Shown here piece by piece: positions 36,553 to 45,051 of a stretch of 53,516 nt of DNA; the stretch's first letter is position 1, and each line of letters begins with the position of its first letter. The notes beneath the pieces are model-generated. The model was given only the letters and a program-made list of their open reading frames with translations. It did not search any database and was not told where the DNA came from. The DNA comes from a virus. Taxonomy: Duplodnaviria; Caudoviricetes. Both the position numbers and the translations under genes were made by a program. The stretch lies in IMG/VR virus record IMGVR_UViG_3300037840_000123, positions 1-53,516 of that record. One strand, written 5' to 3'.

Positions 36553-37307
36553 TACTTCGCCTCCAGTATAACTCCGTGCCCGGCCTGTTCGGTCACCATC
36601 GGGTAGCTGTCCGGCGGAAGAAAGTAGGGAAGGCCTTCGGAGACATCCCAGTGCTCGCAGAGGACTCCGCCGTGGCCGAGGATTTTGAATCCGGCTTCCT
36701 TGACCGCGCGGCAGAAATAGGAATCCTCATTCCCCTGCGCCTTCAGCTCGAACAATTCCTGCTCCTTCATCTCGGCCAAGGGGCGGAATTTATAAGGCTG
36801 GTCGTTGATCTCGTCCACGGTCTTGAACCACGGCTTAGGGAGATCGGAGAATAAGGAAGTATCGATCAGCATGCAACCAGCGCCGATGGCGGAGCACTCG
36901 AAGACTTCGCCGGATTTCCATTCCCAGAACGGTCCGCTGCCAGATTCGCGGAATACAATCGGTTGTGCCGGATCGGCCTTGATGCAGTAGATACCGCCGA
37001 TGATTTTGAACAGGGGGTCAGCGAGCTGGCGCTGGCGTAGTTCGTAGAGGAGCTTGTTAACGGCAAAGTGGGGAGGGACGACGTCCTCGTCGAGAAACCA
37101 CAGGTAGCCGATTTTCTTCTCCAGCGCCTGCTCGACGATAGTAGTGCGAGCATCAGCCACTTCCTGAGACTTGGTGATGAAGTAATGGAGTTTGGTGTTG
37201 ATCGGCCAGCCCTGAACCGCGAGCGCAATTCCCCATTCTGGAACGGTGGGTTTGCCGCTGAGGGGGATGCCGACCGCAAGCCCCCGGTTGATGACTTTCA
37301 TGTCCAT
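36552..37307 (-). CDS. GT-A fold (GT2-like) glycosyltransferase
   Basis: VADARTTIVEQAL; YLWFLDEDVVPP (DxD); IGAGCMLI; PKPWF; NEDSYFC...AGF; CEH. Confidence 0.85.
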   Translation of the reverse strand: MDMKVINRGLAVGIPLSGKPTVPEWGIALAVQGWPINTKLHYFITKSQEVADARTTIVEQALEKKIGYLWFLDEDVVPPHFAVNKLLYELRQRQLADPLFKIIGGIYCIKADPAQPIVFRESGSGPFWEWKSGEVFECSAIGAGCMLIDTSLFSDLPKPWFKTVDEINDQPYKFRPLAEMKEQELFELKAQGNEDSYFCRAVKEAGFKILGHGGVLCEHWDVSEGLPYFLPPDSYPMVTEQAGHGVILEAK

Positions 37308-37332
37308 GTAGATGTCCTCTTCCTAAAAGTTG

Positions 37333-37361
37333 TGGGGCGAGGCTGTCTAAGCCTGCCCCAC
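37333..37361 (-). terminator. hairpin (terminator or processing site) after the capsid genes
   Basis: GTGGGGC-G-AGGC...GCCT-GCCCCAC stem; short U tract follows on the minus strand. Confidence 0.45.
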
Positions 37362-37393
37362 TGTACCACTAAGCCACCCTGCAAGGATAAAGA

Positions 37394-38116
37394 TTAGCCG
37401 ACGGTTCCTGATACCTCCACATCCATGACGGCGGTCGGAGCGGTGCCGCCAAGGGTATAGTTCACATCCACCTCGGTCACATTGATGTCCACCATGAAGG
37501 GGATGACGAAATCGAAGCCGGACTCGGACAAAGAGCCGGCAGTCGAGGTGCCGGAATTGGCATAGTTGCCAAGCAGGGTGATGGTCGCCGATGCCAGGGC
37601 GCTGGTGATGGCTGCGGAAGTGGACAGAGTGATCTGGCCGGCAGACTGATAGCTGGCCACGGTCGAATAAAGGGGAAGCGTCTGGCCCGCGTTACCGGCT
37701 TTCGAGATTGCGATAGCGGCTCCGACCTGCGATGGAGTGAACGGGTTCGAGGCCGAGGTCACTACCTTGAGATTGGTGGTTGCCATCGCTCCGTTGGTGG
37801 CAAGCGAGACGCCGCCGGGAGTGACAGAGACGCCGGGGACGGTAGCCACTACAGGATCGTTGATGTAGATGGCGACCACCGAGGTTCCGTCGTCCACGTT
37901 AACGATTAGCGACAGGAGAGTGGGGGAAGTGCCGCCAAACTGATAGAGCTTCACCCGCACGTAACCGGAGGTGATCGCCGGCGTCAGTCCGGTCAGGGAG
38001 ATTTGTGCCTGCACGGTTCCCGAAAGAGCGTTATTGACCGACATAAACAGGGTGTCATTCTTGATCGGCGAGCCGAAGCCGGGAAGGATGCGGGCAATGC
38101 TGCGTGAAAATGTCAT
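37394..38116 (-). CDS. probable capsid decoration/minor structural protein
   Basis: Directly after the MCP; AGGAG RBS; Thr/Ser/Val beta-rich. Confidence 0.6.
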   Translation of the reverse strand: MTFSRSIARILPGFGSPIKNDTLFMSVNNALSGTVQAQISLTGLTPAITSGYVRVKLYQFGGTSPTLLSLIVNVDDGTSVVAIYINDPVVATVPGVSVTPGGVSLATNGAMATTNLKVVTSASNPFTPSQVGAAIAISKAGNAGQTLPLYSTVASYQSAGQITLSTSAAITSALASATITLLGNYANSGTSTAGSLSESGFDFVIPFMVDINVTEVDVNYTLGGTAPTAVMDVEVSGTVG

Positions 38117-38138
38117 TTCAATGTCTCCTGTTACTGCA

Positions 38139-39137
38139 TTACGCGATGCTCGTGATGGACAGAGCCGTCCTCGGGTTGACATTAGTCAACTGAAGAACCA
38201 CAACTACCCTAGAGACTACGACTTCCTGGTTGCTGGCCATCAGCCAGGGGCGGATGATGAAGTATCCGCGATTGTGGTAGTTCATCCAGAAATACTTCGA
38301 GTTCCACATCCATCCGGTCCCGGCGGTCGCGTACTGCGAAGCCAGCACGGTGCAGTTGTTGAACCGGAAGTGGTAGCGGATCGAGGTCTGCACCGGCTCT
38401 TTGTCGCTCATGTTGTTGATGGAGCGGATGATGGAGGCGGTCGAGGTGCCGGCCTGGGTGAACTGAATCTTGAAATTGCCGTAATCGGTGTTATTCAGCA
38501 AGAGCGTGTCAGGCTCGTCGTAACCGAAGACGATGGACTGATAGGCTTGCTCGGCGACGGTCGGTGTTAGGTGAGCGGAGCCGGCGGATACTGAGGTAGC
38601 AGGATTCCACGCGGTCGTGGTCGATCGGTTGATGCCCGCGATGGTGTTGTTCTGGGTGCCGATCCACGCCGGAATATTGTCGAGGTCAATGGAGGTATTC
38701 TGCGGCGCGGTACCCCAACCCGCGCGGGCCAGTTTAGGGAGGAGAGAGGCCGCGCAAGCTTGCATCTTTGCCTTCACCACGTCAATGGCAGACGCCCCGC
38801 CAGAGCCGAGAATGATATCAAGCACTGGAACCGCACAGGATTGGTAGTAAGCGCGCCACACCTGGTTCGCGGGCTGAATGGAATCTACGACGGAGGTATT
38901 CAGCACCTGGTCGCCCCAGAACGCGCCGCCGGTCGGTTCCTCCTGAGTAAGGAGCGGAAAGACGAGTTCAGCGCCAGTCACGTGCTTTCCGGAACGCTGG
39001 AATGCCCAGTATTCAGGGGACGGATTCAGGACAATGTCGGACATGAATGGGGCGATTTTTTTCTGGCTTATGCTGTCCAGAGTGTTCTGCATGAGCGCGC
39101 TAGGACTCTGGATACCAGTACCTGTAACTCCAGCCAT
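38139..39137 (-). CDS. major capsid protein
   Basis: 332 aa; follows the scaffold; AAGGAAGG RBS; IAGINRST..W and EPDTLLL segments. Confidence 0.8.
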   Translation of the reverse strand: MAGVTGTGIQSPSALMQNTLDSISQKKIAPFMSDIVLNPSPEYWAFQRSGKHVTGAELVFPLLTQEEPTGGAFWGDQVLNTSVVDSIQPANQVWRAYYQSCAVPVLDIILGSGGASAIDVVKAKMQACAASLLPKLARAGWGTAPQNTSIDLDNIPAWIGTQNNTIAGINRSTTTAWNPATSVSAGSAHLTPTVAEQAYQSIVFGYDEPDTLLLNNTDYGNFKIQFTQAGTSTASIIRSINNMSDKEPVQTSIRYHFRFNNCTVLASQYATAGTGWMWNSKYFWMNYHNRGYFIIRPWLMASNQEVVVSRVVVVLQLTNVNPRTALSITSIA

Positions 39138-39263
39138 ATTACCTTCCTTTCAACAACATAGCCGTAAATAGGCTAAAGCGTTGACCATCCCCGCAGGGGG
39201 TGATTTTTCTCGTTCGTGTGGACAGTGTCCCCACTTACCTTTAGAACAAATCTGCCTTCGTTC

Positions 39264-40082
39264 CTACTGAACGATGTCCTCCGGAGTCAGAGTACCGAGT
39301 TCAGACAGCATCCGGGCGAGATCGGGATCGGCGGTCACGACGTCTCCCAGGTCTTCGAGGTTCTTGGACGGGTCGATGGTGGTCGCGGCGCGATCGATAC
39401 GACCCGAGGCGGAAGTGGGGCGGCCACTGGTGGCTAAGCGTCCACGGGTCACGCCTTCCTTGAATCCTTCCTCGCGGGCAGACTTGCGAATTTCTTCGAG
39501 ATCGTTGGCCCGGGTCAGGTCGAGGATGGCCTTCTCGACCGACGGAAAGCCGTACTCGTCGAGGATTTTCTGCTGGGTCGCATGGCCGAGGACTTTATTC
39601 ATGTCCCAGTCTTTGTACTGGTCGGATTTCTTCAGCCGTTCGGCGTTGGCGGAAAACTGCCCTTTCCAGCGTTCAGTGGCGAAGATGGTCGCGGCCTGCT
39701 TGAGCTGGCCGGAGAGCGTATCATAATTGGCCTTCGCATCTTTCAGTTCTTTCTCCAGGGGAGAGAGACGCTTGCGGACCGGCGCCCAATATTCGGCGGA
39801 ATCGAAGTCATCGCCAGCGTCAGACGCGGTGCGAACGACGGCGGCGGATGCAAGTTCCTCCTGCTTCTTGGTCAGTTCCGAGAACAAGGTGGCGGACTTT
39901 GTGGCTAGCTCCGCCGCGGCCTCACGATCGCGCTTGGCTGCCTCCAGTTGCTCGGACAGCGCCTTCTGCTGTTTCTTGGTAAGATCGCGGAAGCTGCCCA
40001 GCTTTACCTTGTTTCCCTTCAACTCAAATTCCGTGTCATCGGGAAGGTCGGTCGTGTTTGCGAGAATTTCTTCGAGGGTCAT
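39264..40082 (-). CDS. scaffolding protein
   Basis: Acidic coiled-coil; FELKGNKVKLGSFRDLTKKQQ; directly upstream of the MCP. Confidence 0.7.
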   Translation of the reverse strand: MTLEEILANTTDLPDDTEFELKGNKVKLGSFRDLTKKQQKALSEQLEAAKRDREAAAELATKSATLFSELTKKQEELASAAVVRTASDAGDDFDSAEYWAPVRKRLSPLEKELKDAKANYDTLSGQLKQAATIFATERWKGQFSANAERLKKSDQYKDWDMNKVLGHATQQKILDEYGFPSVEKAILDLTRANDLEEIRKSAREEGFKEGVTRGRLATSGRPTSASGRIDRAATTIDPSKNLEDLGDVVTADPDLARMLSELGTLTPEDIVQ

Positions 40083-40094
40083 TTTTTATTCTCC

Positions 40095-40526
40095 TTAGAA
40101 ACTTGCCTGCGCCGGCGATCCGCCCTGCTGGGGAGGATTCGCCGCGCCCATGGCGATTGGATTTCTGACCGCCGCGTCCACGTTCCCCGCTTGGCTGATC
40201 TCTTTAATCACCCGGTCGAACTGGGGGATCAGCTTTGACAACTGGCCGGAGACGTTCGGCAGCCGTTCCAGATTCTGTACCATCAGCACTGCGCACATCT
40301 GTTTCATGGTCTTCAGCTGGCGCAGAAGCATTCCCGGATCCGCGCCCTTGAGTTCCGATACTTGCTGCGCGTAGTCGGATGCTGGATCACCTCCTTGCGG
40401 AGAGCCGCCGGCAGTCATCGGGGAAGCCGCTGCGGCAGGACCGCCGCCCGAAGGAGTAGCACCTCCAGCAGTGCGGGCTTGCAGGGCGGCCAGCACGGCA
40501 GCTATCGGATTTGGTTGAGCAGACAC
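40095..40526 (-). CDS. hypothetical head-module protein
   Basis: Pro/Gly/Ala-rich ends with a helical core. Confidence 0.65.
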   Translation of the reverse strand: MSAQPNPIAAVLAALQARTAGGATPSGGGPAAAASPMTAGGSPQGGDPASDYAQQVSELKGADPGMLLRQLKTMKQMCAVLMVQNLERLPNVSGQLSKLIPQFDRVIKEISQAGNVDAAVRNPIAMGAANPPQQGGSPAQASF

Positions 40527-40742
40527 TTATTTCTTCTTCGTCCCGTCGGTTTCGATGCAATAGACAATATCGAGAGGGTCGGCCAGCTTGCCGCCGAGGC
40601 ACATGCCGGGAGCCACGCCCGCCATATCATTCGGGGGGACGAGTTCGTCGCCCTCGGCGTCGATGTTCAATGGGCCGAGGATGTCGGGAAGGGCTTTGGT
40701 CGGGCGGCCGTAAGTATCTGGGTATCCGGATTTCTTTGCCAT
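40527..40742 (-). CDS. small hypothetical protein
   Basis: GAGG RBS; 71 aa. Confidence 0.6.
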   Translation of the reverse strand: MAKKSGYPDTYGRPTKALPDILGPLNIDAEGDELVPPNDMAGVAPGMCLGGKLADPLDIVYCIETDGTKKK

Positions 40743-40981
40743 TACTTTTTACCTCTCTTCTCCGGCCATGACCGGAATTCTACGTCAGGAACTTCTTCCC
40801 CATCCGGCGCGAAGCCGCAATGGTTGGGAGGGAGGTATCCAGCAAGCGCGGGATTATTATCGTACTGCATCCCGGAATATGAATCGATGGCGGGGGACAG
40901 AGTGACAAAGCGCCGCTCCGTCTGGAATGGAACCCGGTTCACTCGTCCCCTGGCATCGTCTTGCACGGAGAAGACCCTCAT
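40742..40981 (-). CDS. small hypothetical protein
   Basis: TAATG coupling; 79 aa. Confidence 0.55.
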   Translation of the reverse strand: MRVFSVQDDARGRVNRVPFQTERRFVTLSPAIDSYSGMQYDNNPALAGYLPPNHCGFAPDGEEVPDVEFRSWPEKRGKK

Positions 40982-41012
40982 CTTTCCGGTTTACTGCGTT
41001 GGACAACTGAAA

Positions 41013-41057
41013 CTACTTACGCTTTCCACGTTTGCCGCCGCGATGCTTTTTCGCCAT
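41013..41057 (-). CDS. 14-aa basic micropeptide MAKKHRGGKRGKRK
   Basis: Strong GAAAGGAG RBS 7 nt before the ATG; long hairpin upstream. Confidence 0.55.
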   Translation of the reverse strand: MAKKHRGGKRGKRK

Positions 41058-41121
41058 AGTGTTGCTCCTTTCCGGTGGAGCACCTTCATACTGAAGGGAG
41101 CAACCTCCACCAAAACTAAAC

Positions 41122-41265
41122 TTATCGCCGGCGTCCGGCTCGCATCCCCCGGCGTTTGTGCGCCTTTGCGCCAGTCGATCTCATCCCTTTGTCTTCTTCA
41201 TGGTTCGCCGGATGCTTGTCCGCCATCTTGTGCGGAGGAAATCGTTTCACCTTGCGGGATTTCAT
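41122..41265 (-). CDS. 47-aa basic protein
   Basis: MKSRKVKRFPPHK...HKRRGMRAGRRR; GGAGG RBS; ATGA coupling. Confidence 0.6.
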   Translation of the reverse strand: MKSRKVKRFPPHKMADKHPANHEEDKGMRSTGAKAHKRRGMRAGRRR

Positions 41266-41519
41266 GCGTATGCCTCCATGCGGCGGGCGGATGCGAAGTT
41301 TGCCGGATCGTTGACGTATTCCATCATATTCAGTGCCTGAGACTTCAGATGAGCGTGAAAGGATGGTTCGTCAAGATGCGCGACGTTACAGTGCGGCTCG
41401 AAGAAAGATGGATACTTGCGCCCGTCGACGGCGAACTGGGCCAGCCATTGTTCTCCGTCGCGCCGGAGGACCAGTAGCTCGAAGTTGTGACCGTCCAGTT
41501 CGGGATCGAGTGCGCTCAC
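41262..41519 (-). CDS. hypothetical protein
   Basis: Fills the operon; start uncertain. Confidence 0.55.
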   Translation of the reverse strand: MSALDPELDGHNFELLVLRRDGEQWLAQFAVDGRKYPSFFEPHCNVAHLDEPSFHAHLKSQALNMMEYVNDPANFASARRMEAYA

Positions 41520-41542
41520 ACTGAGAGGAGTAGCAGGGGAGG

Positions 41543-41785
41543 TTACTGAATAGCAATGTGGGCGTTGGCGTAGTTGGCGTATTCGGAGTAAGGAACGCCA
41601 ATGCGCCAGTGGCCGCGCGGCTCGCGCCGGAGACGGTAGCCAAGGGTAAGGATGAAGCCGTCGTGGCACCACAGGCGGATGCACTCGTCGGATTTCGAGA
41701 ACATATCGGCGAGGACGGAGAGGGGGATCCATGCGATGTCGCCGTCGATGCGGATGGGGCGGCGGTAGCGGAGGGGGCGGGTCAT
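41543..41785 (-). CDS. excisionase/MerR-like winged-HTH protein
   Basis: IPLSVLADMFSKSDECIRLWCHDG...GHWRI. Confidence 0.65.
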   Translation of the reverse strand: MTRPLRYRRPIRIDGDIAWIPLSVLADMFSKSDECIRLWCHDGFILTLGYRLRREPRGHWRIGVPYSEYANYANAHIAIQ

Positions 41786-42333
41786 GCCACTACCTCTAGC
41801 GTCTGCCTATGTGGGCACACTCCAGTAAACCTCATCGCACAGTTACAATTCCAACAAAGAACCCGAAACCCCTCAGGAAAATTATTCTGCTTCAGCCAAG
41901 TATAAAAGGCAGCACCGTATCTCTTTATAGATTCTCGGTGCTTGGTTCCTCCACCTTCGACGTGGTCAATGGTAAGAAAGTCAAGCGTAGCTTCAGCACA
42001 ACAAGCGCATGATCCTCCATAGTGTTGCAACACTTCTATTTTTGTTTTCCTACGATACCCCTTGTATTTCTCTGGATGCTCTCGACAATAACGATTGTTT
42101 GATTCGCGCACCCTGTCTCTATTTTTCTCTACCCATTCACGTTTTTTGGTCAACTTCTTATCGCGATTAGCCCAATGGTAGGCGCGGGCAGCGGCGCGTA
42201 TCTTGTCTGCATTTTTGGCGTAGCATCGCTGATTCCATTCCTTTACCTTGTCGGGATGGGCACGACGATACTCGCGCATATCGGCAATCGACTTGGCTTT
42301 CTCTTTAGCGGTTTTTCTTTCCCAAGAAGTCAT
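41782..42333 (-). CDS. HNH homing endonuclease
   Basis: Basic helical repeats; CACC; LTIDHVEGGG; LCWNCN; lower GC than flanks. Confidence 0.85.
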   Translation of the reverse strand: MTSWERKTAKEKAKSIADMREYRRAHPDKVKEWNQRCYAKNADKIRAAARAYHWANRDKKLTKKREWVEKNRDRVRESNNRYCREHPEKYKGYRRKTKIEVLQHYGGSCACCAEATLDFLTIDHVEGGGTKHRESIKRYGAAFYTWLKQNNFPEGFRVLCWNCNCAMRFTGVCPHRQTLEVVA

Positions 42334-42336
42334 AAA

Positions 42337-44085
42337 CTAGCGAGGTCTTTTTATTTTAGCCATAGCCGCCAACTCTAGCTCCCTATTTTTTTGTTCGGCA
42401 AGCTCGGATGCGTTGGGAATATCTGCTGCTTCTAAAACTGCTGAAGTAGGCAGCATCCCCGCTTTCCCGAGCGCGGCCACAACCGAGCGCATCGCCGAAG
42501 CTGACATCACCCGCAGGGAGCCTTCGTCGAGGAATGCGTCGTAGTCGGAGTAGTTGGCAATGGGAGACCATTCAACGTAAGAGAGGTCGCCCTTGTCGGG
42601 GACGGCCATCTTGTCGGCGATTCCCTTGTAGCGGGCGTCCACGTAGAAGACGATCTGAGCCAGCCGCTGGAGGGACTCGGCGAGGAGTCGCGCACGAAGG
42701 CGGGTCTGATACTGGGACTGCCACAGGGAGGCGTCAAACAGGTCGGGGGAAATGTTGCCCGCGCCTTGTTGGCCCTGGCGGCCCTTCGAGAATCCCTGAA
42801 GTTCGTCCTGGAGGGCGAGTAGGGACGCCGGAAACGTCATCATGTGCTGCGGCAGGGATTGAGGGTTGAGCACCACCGGGGGCTTCGAGTTCGGATTGAT
42901 CATCAGGATTTCGCCGGGAAGCCAGCCGATGGCTTGCGGATCAAGACCGCAATTGGTCTCCAGAACGATCACGCCGTTATTAGTGCGGATGATGTTCTCG
43001 GTGAACTGGGCGTAGAGGCGCTCAGAAAGGTTCTGGAGGTCGCGGGTGAGTTTGATCGGCGGCGGCCCCCAGATATTGTGCAGGGTGGGCATCGCGGACA
43101 GGCGAACAAGGGGAAATGTGCCCCGGTCATCGTCAGGAAGCTGCGGGCACCAGTTGTTGCCGTCGGCGAGAATGATCTGTTCACAGTCGGTAATCCAGCG
43201 GCCGTCCGGATAGGTGTACTCGAACCGGGGATGGACCAGCAGCCGGGAGATGGCCTTCGAGCCGAGATTCTCCTCTACTTTCTGCCGCGTGTTGTCGAAC
43301 AGGTAGGTATGGCGGACGCGTACGCGGTTGGAGCGGAAGATTTTCGTCTGCGGCGATTCTCCCTGCTGCGACAAGGGGGAATACTCCGGGAACTCCAAGG
43401 AGCCTTCCTGGAGACCGTAGGGATCGGCATCGCCGGACTGGTAGACGCGGGGCCGGACGAACCGTCCGTGCTCCGGCCACTGGCGGCGCACGTCATCGAT
43501 ATACATCCAGTCCCACCACTGTACCCATGACCAGTCGGCTTCGGAGGTGGAAAAAGGATCGGGGGCGACGGTCTCGGGATCGCGGGATTCAAGCCAGGTG
43601 CGGCCCTTGCCCCGGCGCGCGTTCGGCTGGAACCCAACCTGGAGCCATCCGAGGTTAGTGAGCATGGCGTTGATGGTGGCGAACAGAATGCGGTTGTTGT
43701 AGCAACCCTGGCGCCAGTTGGCCTGGTAGTATTTCTCCCTGGCTTCGTCGCGTTTACCCTCGGTAGCGATAAATATCTTAGGAGAGGAATCGGTGATATC
43801 GGTGGCTTCGTTCAGGACAAGAGTCTGGAGTTTGGGAATACGGACGCGGGGCCGGAATGAGGGGAAGTTTCCGATGTCGTCGTCGAGGGAATAGAACTCC
43901 TTGACTTCTCGGAAGTAGTCGCGGCCCAGGTGCTTATCGCGCTGGGCCAGGGAGACTCTCTCCAATTCATCCAGTTGGCGGCAGAGGGCGCGGTCGGCGT
44001 CGTTGGTGAGAGAAGCGGAGGAGGATTTCTTAGTGGTAATAATTTTATCGTAACCCACAAACCCGAAATTTGGCCCCGCGCTCAC
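42337..44085 (-). CDS. portal protein
   Basis: About 580 aa between terminase and scaffold; DPETVAPDP, FPLV, WG...RDLQ, PGEIL motifs of podoviral portals. Confidence 0.8.
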   Translation of the reverse strand: MSAGPNFGFVGYDKIITTKKSSSASLTNDADRALCRQLDELERVSLAQRDKHLGRDYFREVKEFYSLDDDIGNFPSFRPRVRIPKLQTLVLNEATDITDSSPKIFIATEGKRDEAREKYYQANWRQGCYNNRILFATINAMLTNLGWLQVGFQPNARRGKGRTWLESRDPETVAPDPFSTSEADWSWVQWWDWMYIDDVRRQWPEHGRFVRPRVYQSGDADPYGLQEGSLEFPEYSPLSQQGESPQTKIFRSNRVRVRHTYLFDNTRQKVEENLGSKAISRLLVHPRFEYTYPDGRWITDCEQIILADGNNWCPQLPDDDRGTFPLVRLSAMPTLHNIWGPPPIKLTRDLQNLSERLYAQFTENIIRTNNGVIVLETNCGLDPQAIGWLPGEILMINPNSKPPVVLNPQSLPQHMMTFPASLLALQDELQGFSKGRQGQQGAGNISPDLFDASLWQSQYQTRLRARLLAESLQRLAQIVFYVDARYKGIADKMAVPDKGDLSYVEWSPIANYSDYDAFLDEGSLRVMSASAMRSVVAALGKAGMLPTSAVLEAADIPNASELAEQKNRELELAAMAKIKRPR

Positions 44086-44387
44086 TGAATCGGCTCCGTT
44101 TCTTCCAGGGGAACATGCGCACTGAGCCATTCCGCGATCTGATCCCCCGGCATCTCGCCGCCGGCAGTGTCGGCCTTGCGGAATTGCTCGATGTCGATCA
44201 GCATTCCAACCATGTCCTTGGCGGTAATGAGGCCGGAGGATACGAGGACGGAGGCGTTTCGGGATACTTTGTCTTCAAGGTCGGTCCACGCCTTGTTACG
44301 GCCCTCGCGGCGCAGGTCGGCGAACTCGCGGAAGACTTCTTCGAGGACTTGGGCGGCGTTGCGGACAAGGTGGGCATCCGGTCTCAG
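44082..44387 (-). CDS. hypothetical protein
   Basis: 3' part of ORF 44082-44618 not overlapping the upstream gene; start uncertain. Confidence 0.5.
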   Translation of the reverse strand: MRPDAHLVRNAAQVLEEVFREFADLRREGRNKAWTDLEDKVSRNASVLVSSGLITAKDMVGMLIDIEQFRKADTAGGEMPGDQIAEWLSAHVPLEETEPIQ

Positions 44388-44833
44388 CCCTCTAAGGGAA
44401 TCGTTTCCACTCTCTGTCTCGACAGAAATTCCCGGCGAATCCGGGCCGCGTTCGCCAGGGCGATCCCCCGGCGTTCGATTCCGGCGAGTTCGGCCTCGCT
44501 TCGCGGGCGGGTCGCTGACGGCGGAGGAGAGGTAGCTGGCGGACTGGGTGCGGGATGAGACGGAGATGGACTCAACGGGTCCTGCGGAGATGCGGGAGCT
44601 GGCGCCGTCAACGGCCATACGGCAAGGTTCCTCGTACCGAATCGTAGCACAAGTTCGTCGGATTGCAAGTTGGTGTCTTCGGTGACGTAGGGAGGCGCGT
44701 CGGCGGACTGCATCTGACGCAGGTGGACGAGGGGAATGCGGAGTTCCCCGCCGCCGCGTTCGAGACAGAGTGCGCCGAGCAGGCAGGTGAGGTAGTGGAT
44801 GCGGGATTCGAGGGAACGGTCAGTGGGAGGCAT
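44384..44833 (-). CDS. hypothetical protein
   Basis: TGATG coupling; Pro-rich linker. Confidence 0.6.
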   Translation of the reverse strand: MPPTDRSLESRIHYLTCLLGALCLERGGGELRIPLVHLRQMQSADAPPYVTEDTNLQSDELVLRFGTRNLAVWPLTAPAPASPQDPLSPSPSHPAPSPPATSPPPSATRPRSEAELAGIERRGIALANAARIRREFLSRQRVETIPLEG

Positions 44834-45051
44834 CAGTCATCTCCGGTTCTAACGCCGAACAATTCGTTCATGGTAACGTGAGCCGCCTGGTCAAGCATCC
44901 ACTTGAGTTCACGGTAAGTACAGTTGGTCTTTACTGTGATCGCATCCTCGGATTCCAGCAGGATGACGACCCGTTGCGCTTTTTCTACTGCCGCAAGCGC
45001 CTGCATCAGGACTTCCTGCGGAGGCTTATCGCTGGTATCTATGCCGCCCAT
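44833..45051 (-). CDS. small hypothetical protein
   Basis: AGGAG RBS; coupled to the terminase stop. Confidence 0.55.
   Translation of the reverse strand: MGGIDTSDKPPQEVLMQALAAVEKAQRVVILLESEDAITVKTNCTYRELKWMLDQAAHVTMNELFGVRTGDD

Noticed and set aside
39138-39263. ncRNA between scaffold and capsid genes
   Set aside because: Only short 5-6 bp hairpins are visible, consistent with an ordinary structured 5' UTR
41782-42333. Group I intron carrying the HNH gene
   Set aside because: The portal ends with its own stop, flanking gaps are only a few nucleotides, and there is no room for an intron core
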